From Limisphaerales bacterium (GTDB taxonomy: Bacteria; Verrucomicrobiota; Verrucomicrobiia; Limisphaerales; JADJPG01): a DNA stretch of 64,000 nt. The DNA lies in contig JBGATF010000005.1 of assembly GCA_044229355.1 (NCBI GenBank), positions 309,161 to 373,160 on the forward strand, read 5' to 3'. This document shows, piece after piece, positions 19,766-28,000 of this stretch (positions are counted from its first letter, which is position 1; the number at the start of each line of letters is the position of its first letter). The position numbers and the translations under genes are program-made. A model generated the notes under the pieces. That model saw only the letters and a list, made by a program, of their open reading frames with translations, made no database searches and was not told the origin of the DNA.

Positions 19766-20887
19766 CTATTTCCACGAAGCAGACACGGAAGCGGCCAGAG
19801 CTTCGAGCCAGCGGGCCGGTTCGCGGAGGGCGGACTCCTTGTCCGTGATGCCGGTCAACGCGTGAACGCCGGCGAAAAGTTTCTGAGCTTCCTCTGGTTT
19901 TGGAACGACGCCCGCCAGAGCCACGCACGGGACGCCCAGCTTTCGGCAAACCATGGCAACTTCCCCCACGCCCTTGCCCATCAGTGTCTGGTCGTCGAGC
20001 GCGCCTTCACCGGACACCACCACATCCGCGCGACGGATGCGCTCCTCCAGCGCCGCGGCTGCGGAAAAGATCTCAAAGCCCCGCTGGAAGCTGCCGCCCA
20101 GAAAACTCATCAAGCCGAAGCCGAGGCCGCCGGCGGCGCCGGCGCCGGGCACGTCGGCCGGGCTCGACTGAAAGTCACGCCGCCAAAGTTCGGCCAGGCG
20201 GCCGAGGCAGTCCTCGGCGTAGTCGAACTCCGTGAGGCCTTTTTGCGGGCCGTAGATGCGCGAACAACCGGATGGCCCCAGCAACGGGTTTTGCACATCC
20301 ACGGCAATGATCAGCTGCTCGAAGAGAAAGGAATGGGCGGGCGGGCGGATGCAGGCGAGATGGTTGAGCTGCGTCCAGCGGGTGATGTTCTCTTCGTGAT
20401 CGTTGTGGAACTGCCAGCCCAGCGCGCGGGCCAGGCCGAAGCCCGCGTCGTTGGTGGCGCTCCCGCCAATGCCGACGTAGCAACGGCGGGCGCCGGCGGC
20501 CGCCGCGTCGCGCAGCAGCGCCCCCAGCCCAAACGTGTCGAGCTCGAACGGATGAAACTTGCGGGGAGGGAGCAGCGCGAGACCAATCACCCGGGCGGAC
20601 TCAATGATGGCGGTGGCCTGGGCCGGACACCACCACCAGTCGGCGTCGATGGAACGGTGAGCGGCATCCACCGTGCGGGTCGTGCGTCGTTCGGCACCCA
20701 GCAAATCCCCCAGCACCTCGCCAAAGCCGTCGCCGCCATCGCTCATCGGGACCAGCTCCAGCTGATCCTCCGGACACGCTTGGCGCCAGCCGCTGGCGAT
20801 GGCGTCGGCGGCGTCCCGGGCGGTCAGGGTGCCTTTGAACTTGTCGGGGACAATCAGGACGTTGCGCGCCACGGCTGGAGTGTCCAT
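19766..20887 (-). CDS. glxK: Glycerate kinase (GlxK/GarK family)
   Basis: PDKFKGTL, PMSDGGDG, GIGGSATNDAG, YGPQKG, GAGAAGGLG, SGEGALD. Confidence 0.93.
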   Translation of the reverse strand: MDTPAVARNVLIVPDKFKGTLTARDAADAIASGWRQACPEDQLELVPMSDGGDGFGEVLGDLLGAERRTTRTVDAAHRSIDADWWWCPAQATAIIESARVIGLALLPPRKFHPFELDTFGLGALLRDAAAAGARRCYVGIGGSATNDAGFGLARALGWQFHNDHEENITRWTQLNHLACIRPPAHSFLFEQLIIAVDVQNPLLGPSGCSRIYGPQKGLTEFDYAEDCLGRLAELWRRDFQSSPADVPGAGAAGGLGFGLMSFLGGSFQRGFEIFSAAAALEERIRRADVVVSGEGALDDQTLMGKGVGEVAMVCRKLGVPCVALAGVVPKPEEAQKLFAGVHALTGITDKESALREPARWLEALAASVSASWK

Positions 20888-20973
20888 CGCAGCTGCACTG
20901 TGGTCAACGTTCGTAAACCCGAACCGAGCCGAGACTTGACGGGAGGGGTCTGGTTTACAAAACTTGCTCCACT

Positions 20974-21312
20974 ATGAGCAATTTGAAGATCGTCGCCTAC
21001 TTGAAGCCACAATGTGGTTGGAGCAACGGGGTGCGGGCCATCCTGCGCAAATACGATCTGGCCTACGAAGATCGGGACATCATCAACGATCCGGTGCAGC
21101 GGCAGGAGATGATCCAGAAGAGCGGGCAGATGTTGAGTCCGTGTGTGGAGGTGAACGGCCGGATGCTGGCCGACGTCTCGGGCGAGGAGGTGGAGGCGTA
21201 TCTTCTGGCCAATTCATTGGTCCAGGCGAACCAGCGCACGCCGGATGCCCCCACGAACCAGCCCTGCGCGCACGAAATGCCGGGCGGGGCGCCGATGCAG
21301 TTTCAACGCTGA
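20974..21312 (+). CDS. Glutaredoxin family protein (monothiol-like CGWS)
   Basis: YLKPQCGWS, KSGQMLSPCVEVNG. Confidence 0.85.
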   Translation: MSNLKIVAYLKPQCGWSNGVRAILRKYDLAYEDRDIINDPVQRQEMIQKSGQMLSPCVEVNGRMLADVSGEEVEAYLLANSLVQANQRTPDAPTNQPCAHEMPGGAPMQFQR

Positions 21313-21528
21313 GCGACGGCCCAGGCCCCGCGAATCGTATCGGGAATGGAGGGGCCGGCGATTCCGCCGGGGCTTGCTTCGGGCGTGCCTTCGCGGCTTC
21401 CAGCCGGGGTGCCCTGCGGATGGCTAAGGAGAACGGCCCCGGATGCATCCGGGGGCGGTCGGCGGGGTTCGGTTTGACTTGGCCGGGCCTTTTTCCCAAT
21501 CTCCGCCTCGCAAAACGCATTCACCACC

Positions 21529-22767
21529 GTGCTCTATCCCGCGCCTGTTTCGTCCCAGCCAACTCCGCGAGTCGTAGTGACCGGACTTGGGATGGTGACG
21601 GCTTTGGGGGTCGGGTATGAGGCCAACGCTGCGGGATTTCGATCCGGGCGAACGGCATTTCGGCCGGTGACGTTGTTTGATGTCAGCGGACAGCGCGTGA
21701 AGCGCGCGGCCGAGGTGGATCTCCCGACCGAACTGCCCGCGTCGAAGCTGGCGGCGCGCAAGGTGTCGCGCCTGGACCGAGCGGGTCGGCTGCTCTGGCT
21801 GGCGGCCCACGAGGCGTGGCAGCAGGCGGGCTGGCAGGCTGGCCCCTTGCCGATGGTCCTCGGAACCACCAGCGGGGGCATGAGCATGGGCGAGGCGTAT
21901 TATCGACAGGCCACGCGCGAGCCGGCGCGCCATCGCCACCAGGCCAGCCGGGTGGTGGAATACCAGGCGCAACGTCAAGGAGTCGAACTGGCCGAGGCGC
22001 TCGGCGTTCGCGGACCACTGACCATCATCGCCAACGCCTGCGCCTCCGGAGCCAACGCGGTCGGGCACGCGTGGGATTGGATTCGGTCGGGGCGGGCGGA
22101 GCGGGTGCTCTGCGGAGGCTACGATGCGCTCAGCCAGCTGGTGTTTGCCGGATTCGACTCCTTGCAGGCGTTGTCGCCGACGTGTTGCCGTCCGTTCGAC
22201 GCACATCGTGATGGGCTGGCCCTGGGCGAAGGCGCAGCGGTGTTGATGCTCGAGACCTCCCGGGAAGCCGAGCGGCGCGGCGCCGAAGTCCTTGCCGAGA
22301 TCTGCGGATACGGGGCGGCCACCGACATCCATCACCTGACCCAGCCTCATCCGCAGGGAGATACCGCCTTGGCGACGATGACGGCCGCATGTCAGGAGGC
22401 CGGGATCCCCCCGGAGGCGATTGGGTACGTAAATGCCCACGGGACGGGCACGCCCTTGAATGACCGCGCGGAAGCGGCGGCCATCGTCCGCTGGGCGGGG
22501 CCGCGGGCGGCGACTCTGCCGGTCAGCTCAACCAAGGCAAGCATCGGGCATTTGCTCGGGGCGGCCGGGGCGGTGGAGGCGGGGATCTGCGTGATGGCGT
22601 TGCGGGGCCAGTGGCTGCCGCCGACCACGACGTTTGAGGTGCCCGATTCCGCGTGCGGCTTTCCCGTGGTCTCGCGGTCCCAGGACGCGACGATTGACTA
22701 TGCACTGACCAATTCCTTCGGTTTCGGTGGCGCGAATGCGTCGTTGATTTTTCGGAGGGCGCGATGA
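21529..22767 (+). CDS. Beta-ketoacyl-ACP synthase (FabF-like KS)
   Basis: VVVTGLG, NACASG (catalytic Cys), NAHGTGT, GHLLGAAG, NSFGFGG. Confidence 0.93.
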   Translation: MLYPAPVSSQPTPRVVVTGLGMVTALGVGYEANAAGFRSGRTAFRPVTLFDVSGQRVKRAAEVDLPTELPASKLAARKVSRLDRAGRLLWLAAHEAWQQAGWQAGPLPMVLGTTSGGMSMGEAYYRQATREPARHRHQASRVVEYQAQRQGVELAEALGVRGPLTIIANACASGANAVGHAWDWIRSGRAERVLCGGYDALSQLVFAGFDSLQALSPTCCRPFDAHRDGLALGEGAAVLMLETSREAERRGAEVLAEICGYGAATDIHHLTQPHPQGDTALATMTAACQEAGIPPEAIGYVNAHGTGTPLNDRAEAAAIVRWAGPRAATLPVSSTKASIGHLLGAAGAVEAGICVMALRGQWLPPTTTFEVPDSACGFPVVSRSQDATIDYALTNSFGFGGANASLIFRRAR

Positions 22768-23834
22768 GCGGGATTTGGGTGCATGGGTTGGGGGCCGTGT
22801 CGCCGGCAGGCTGGGGTCTGGGCGCGCTGTGCGAAGCCGTGTCGCGGGGCGACGCGCTGCCCGGCCAGGCCCTGGACCGTCCCGGGTGGAGCCGGCCGCT
22901 GAATGTGCGCAAAGTGCCGGCGCCTGCGGCGCGCCCGGCGTTCCTGGCGCACCCGCGTCTGCGCCGCACCAGCGCGATCAGCCATTATGCGGTGGCCGCG
23001 GCGCTCGAGGCGTTGGGAGCCGACGCGGAGCTGGTGAAGACGGGCCAGCTTCGGCTGGGCATCATTCTCTGCGTCATGTCCGGCTGCGTTAATTACTCGC
23101 GCCGCTTTTACGACGAGGTTTTGCGCGAGCCGGCGACCGCCAGCCCGTTGGTCTTTCCGGAGACCGTCTTTAACGCGCCGGCGAGCCATCTCGGTGCGCT
23201 GCTCGGAACCACCGCGATTGACTATACCCTCGTGGGTGATCCGGGTTCGTTTCCGTTGGGGTTGGTCATTGCAGCGGACTGGCTGAGTAACGGGCGGGTG
23301 GATGGCTGCGTGGTGATCGGTGCGGAGGAGTTGGACTGGCTGACCGCCGATGCGTTTCGTCTTTTCACCCGCCGCATGGTCATCAGCGAGGGCGCCGGGG
23401 CGTTTTATCTGCGCGCCGGGCGGGGCGGAATCGGAGTGAAGCTGGGGGCGGTTTCCGAAGCGTGGATGTTTGCCAACCGGCGCGAACGCGTTGACGCAAT
23501 TCGCTCGGCCAGCGCCCAGGCGAGGTCCTGGCTGGGCGAGGGTCGGGGCAATTTATTGTGCGACGGGCTGCAGGAAGTGCCGTGGCTGGACGAGCCCGAA
23601 CGCGCGGCGTGGAGCGGCTGGAGCGAGCGCCGGCTTTCGCCGCGCCGCGTGCTGGGGGAAGGCCTGATGGCATCCGCCGCGTGGCAATGTGTCGTGGCTG
23701 CGGATTCCGTCGGTGCCGGCGGACCGGGGGTGACGCCGGGAGGTGCTCCCGCTTCGCGCGGGGTGGCCATGGTCTCGGGGATCAACGAACACGTGATGTG
23801 GGTGGGATTTGAGCGGGCGGCCACGGCGACCTGA
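22764..23834 (+). CDS. KS-like protein lacking catalytic residues (chain-length-factor-like)
   Basis: IWVHGLGAVSPAG, ASPLVFPETVFNAPAS, SEGAGA; no Cys-His-His triad visible; ATGA overlap with the KS gene. Confidence 0.8.
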   Translation: MSGIWVHGLGAVSPAGWGLGALCEAVSRGDALPGQALDRPGWSRPLNVRKVPAPAARPAFLAHPRLRRTSAISHYAVAAALEALGADAELVKTGQLRLGIILCVMSGCVNYSRRFYDEVLREPATASPLVFPETVFNAPASHLGALLGTTAIDYTLVGDPGSFPLGLVIAADWLSNGRVDGCVVIGAEELDWLTADAFRLFTRRMVISEGAGAFYLRAGRGGIGVKLGAVSEAWMFANRRERVDAIRSASAQARSWLGEGRGNLLCDGLQEVPWLDEPERAAWSGWSERRLSPRRVLGEGLMASAAWQCVVAADSVGAGGPGVTPGGAPASRGVAMVSGINEHVMWVGFERAATAT

Positions 23835-23849
23835 GCTTTTGCCTTTCCG

Positions 23850-24578
23850 ATGAGCAGATCGATCTTGATTACAGGCGGGAACGGCGGCCTGGGGCGGGCG
23901 ATGGCCCGCACGTTTCTTGGCGAAGACCCGGCGAACCAGGTCTGGCTGGGTGTGCGCGCGAGGCGCGACGCCGCCGAAGAGATGGCCGCGTCAGCCCCGG
24001 AACGATGCCGGTGCATCGAGCTGGACGTCTGCAACCCCGCGGCGTGGAAGGACGCCGTCGGCCGGATTCTCGTTGCCTCCGGTCGGATCGATGTCCTGGT
24101 GAACAATGCCGGCAGTCACCAGGACGCATTGCTGGCCACGATGCCGGTGTCGGCGTGGGAATCGGTCTTGTCGGCCAACCTGGATGGAGCGTTTCATGGA
24201 TGTCAGGCGGTCTTGCCGGCGATGATCAGCCAGCGGCACGGCCGAATCGTCAACATCGCCTCGTTGAGCGCGTTGCTGGCGCCAGCCGGGCAAACCAACT
24301 ACGCGGCCGCCAAGGCCGGGCTGGTGGCCCTGACCCAGTCGCTGGCCAAGGAGGTCGCGCGCATTGGCATCACGGTCAACGCCGTCTGCCCGGGCTACGT
24401 CGAGACGGAGGCGGTGGCCGCGTTGGGGCCGGACGAACGGCGGGCAGCGCAGCAGCGGATCCCCATGCGCCGCTTTGGCCGTCCGGAGGAAGTGGCGGCG
24501 GCGGTTCGATTTCTGGCTTGTCCCGATGCTTCCTACATCACAGGCTCGGTTCTCAAGATCGATGGCGGGGTGTTTTGA
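23850..24578 (+). CDS. 3-oxoacyl-ACP reductase (FabG-like SDR)
   Basis: TGGNGGLG, NNAG, YAAAK, PGYVET. Confidence 0.92.
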   Translation: MSRSILITGGNGGLGRAMARTFLGEDPANQVWLGVRARRDAAEEMAASAPERCRCIELDVCNPAAWKDAVGRILVASGRIDVLVNNAGSHQDALLATMPVSAWESVLSANLDGAFHGCQAVLPAMISQRHGRIVNIASLSALLAPAGQTNYAAAKAGLVALTQSLAKEVARIGITVNAVCPGYVETEAVAALGPDERRAAQQRIPMRRFGRPEEVAAAVRFLACPDASYITGSVLKIDGGVF

Positions 24579-24593
24579 ACGACAGGAATTGAG

Positions 24594-24872
24594 ATGGAAG
24601 AGATTCAGGACGCGGCGGCGTTAAAACGGCGAATCAAAGAACTGATGGTGGAGAACCTGATGTTGCAGGTCGGCGTGGGCGAAATCGGAGATGCGCAACC
24701 TTTGTTCGGCCCGGACAGCCTCGGGCTGGACTCCGTGGACGCCCTGCAGCTGGTGGTGGCGTTGGACAAGAATTTTGGCCTGAAGATTCCCGATCCGGGG
24801 GCGGCGAAGGAAATCCTGCAGAGCGTGGATACCATCGCCGCCGCCGTCCAGAAACATCAGGCGGCCAAGTAA
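24594..24872 (+). CDS. Acyl carrier protein
   Basis: LFGPDSLGLDSVDALQLVV phosphopantetheine motif. Confidence 0.92.
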   Translation: MEEIQDAAALKRRIKELMVENLMLQVGVGEIGDAQPLFGPDSLGLDSVDALQLVVALDKNFGLKIPDPGAAKEILQSVDTIAAAVQKHQAAK

Positions 24873-24896
24873 CGGTAATCGACCCGGTCCCGCTGG

Positions 24897-24922
24897 GTAG
24901 GGCGCGCACTCCGCAGCGCGCC
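24897..24922. repeat. GTAG-type REP hairpin
   Basis: GTAG GGCGCGC ACTCCGCA GCGCGCC between convergent genes. Confidence 0.55.
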
Positions 24923-25027
24923 GCCCGATGCGGACAACGAGCCGGACAACCGAACCGGCTGACGACGGCTTCGGCCGCCGCAGCTCTGAGCGAAGGCAGG
25001 AGCGCCGCCCCTGATTGCTGTGCTTGG

Positions 25028-28000
25028 TTAAGGCGCGGGCGCGGGGCCTGGCGTGACGAGACGATAATAACGGGAGGCGTTGCCGGCGGGATCTCCGACG
25101 GTGACCGCACGATCAGCCGTCCCGGAGGGAACTTCCGCCAGCCGCGTCCACGACCCGCTCGGGAGGTTGTCCGTGTATTGAATCACGTACGTTCGTCCCG
25201 CCTTGGCGTTGAACTGCACCTGGAGAGGCCCCGGACCCGTGGTGGCGACGACTCGCAGGTAACTCGTGGGATCATTCGGGTCGGTGCCCGCAATGGTTTC
25301 CGCCAGATTCGACATGCCGTCGCCATCCAAATCGCCCTGGGCGTCGGCGGGGTTGTTTTTGTCGAGATGCGGCGTGGCATCTTCGACGGAATCGAGGATC
25401 CGGTCGCCGTCGGTGTCGGTGGCCGTCGTGATGTTGGCGAAGGCGGTCGCGAAGCCGGGTGAGATGAAGAACGCGTTGGTGACCACGGCGCGGTATTGGA
25501 CGTTCTGGCCGGGCGGGTTGGTGGCGAAGACCGTGAACACGCTGACGGGCGCGTCGTTGGCGAACAGGGCCAGCGGAACCGAGCCGCGGCGCCATTGGAA
25601 GTAGAACGGCGGCGGATACCCCGTCACGACGCAGCTCAGGCCGACCAGCGTTCCGGGCGCGACGATGTTGGACACGGCCGGTTGCTGGGCGATGCCGACC
25701 TGGATGACAGGGTAGAGAACCGCGTTGGAGCTGTAGATGGTACCGATGGCGTCCGTCACCGCGCACGAAAGGGCCCCGTAGTCATTGGTCGTGACATTGA
25801 CCACCGTATACGTGTTCGCCGTGGCGCCGGGAATCTCGGCGCCGTTGAACCGCCATTGATACGAGAGCGGCGGGTTCAGCGTTGTGGCGCCCACGGCAAA
25901 CGTGGCGTTGGTGGTGGGAGCCGCCTGGGCGTCCGGCTTGATGCGGACGAACACACTTTGCGGGTGCGAGACGATGCTGGCCGGGATTTGCACCGTCAGG
26001 CGGGCATCCTGGCTGAGGGCGGCGCCGGACGCGTTCAAGACGGCGACGGAATAAAGGCCGGCTTGTTCCGGGGCGACATTGGCCAGCGCGAGGATGGAGC
26101 TGGTTTCGCCGGGGATCGGGCTGCCGTTGTAGCGCCACTGATAGGTGAACGGCCCGGGGCCGGTGGCGATCACGCTGAAGGTCGCGGTGAGCGTGGCCAG
26201 GACCGTGGAGTCGATCGGTTGTTGGGCGATCACCGGCGGGTTGCCGCCGCCGAATCCGGCGCCAGCGGTGCGAGCCGCCGCCACCCAGTTGCCGGCATCG
26301 TTGCCGTAGGCCGCCAGGTTGCGCCGTTGCAGCGATGGCCCAATGCCGTCCGCCGCCGCGGGCCAGGGCGTGGTGTCGGTATAGCGCACCTTGTCCACGA
26401 CAATGTAGGGCACGGAGTTGGTGTCGGGCACATCGGGCCGGACCAGCTCGACGCTGTCCGTCGAGTTATCCAACTGGCCGGAGAACGGTCCGTAGAGCGC
26501 GACCTGGGCCGGCACGTTGTTGCGGGCGCGGAAGGCATCGGCCTGCGCCGGATCGGTCGGATCGATCGGCACCACGAGCACGTAGGCTCCGGCCGGGATC
26601 GTCGTGCCCGGCGGAAATTCATAGTCCACCGCATCGCGCAGCCGCCAGGAATTGGTGGTGCTGGACAACTCGACCGGCGACGACGAGTTGTTGTGCAGCT
26701 CGATGTATTCATCGATGCAGTTATCCACCGGGCCGCGGCCGAGCAGGACGTCAGGCGGATGGTAGTTGATTTCGCTGATGACGATGGGCCCGACCAGCGG
26801 GCCGGCATTGGCCGCACCGAGCGTGGGGCTGACCTGGGTCACGAATTGGTCGGAGCCGGTGCTGTTGACGAAGCGCCCAAAGGTCGCGCCGCTGGCCTGC
26901 GCCCCGAAATCCCAGCCGTGGACATATCCCGTGAGCGCGCCATCGGCATCCGCTGAAAACAGGTACACCTGATCGCCTTTGCCGCCGAAGGCGAAGGCAT
27001 TCGGGCCGACACCAAACGTGTCGCCTTGATTCAGCACCAGGTAGCCGCCCGCCGCGATGACCGTGCCCGCCGGGATCCGGTATTTCTTCGGCGTACCAAA
27101 ATCGTCGGTGAGATACCAATTGCCGACATTCACGTCGGCTCCGGTCGGATTGTGGAGCTCGACGGCGTCGTTCGGCAGCGGGTCGGTGTGGGTCAGGATC
27201 TCATTGACGAGAATCGGCGCGATGGCGGGGTCGCCGGCATCGGCGGCTCCGGGATTGCCGCTCAGGTTGGCGCTCGGGCGCCAGCTGCCGGCGTCATCCC
27301 ACGATGCTGTCGGAAGCGCGTCGTTGCGAATCACCAGCGAGAAGCCCGCCCCATCGGTGGTGGGATACCATCCATCTTTATAGGTGAAGTCGAGAATGGG
27401 CTCGTGGGCGCGGCCTTCGAGGACAATGTGGTCGCTGTCGTTGGCGAGATTGTCGTTCGTGTAAACTCCGAGGATCCGTGGGGCCGCCCCGTAGCGGGAG
27501 GCAAAGGCGGCGGCGTGCCGGACGATCACGGCATACTCGCCGGGAGCGAGGGTGACGTTCGGGAAGTCGAAGTCGACTCCGCCGCGCAGGCGAAAGCCAT
27601 TCACATTGAGGGGCGCGGTGTCGGTGTTCCGCACTTCGATGTATTCGAAGTTATCCGCGTCGTTGGTATTGCCCGCGGGCGCGGCCGGCGGGTTGTACAT
27701 GATCTCCGTGATGCGCAACGCGGGCGTCGCCGTGTAGAACGTGCGGGCGCTCGGGCCGGACCAAATGCTGTTGATCGGCGGGTTGTTCGGCCCGGTGAGG
27801 TTTTTGTGGGATGGGTTATACGAGCGGGCGACGATACGCACGTTGCCGTTGATGGTGACGGTGACCGGGGCGTTGTTGGAGAGCGCGGTGGGCGACACGA
27901 AGCCGTTGGGCAGCCGGGGATCGGTGCCATCGAGGGTGTAGATGATGGAACTGCCCGGCTTGCCGGCCGGGATGAGGGTGACCTGGGTGCCAGGAGTGAC

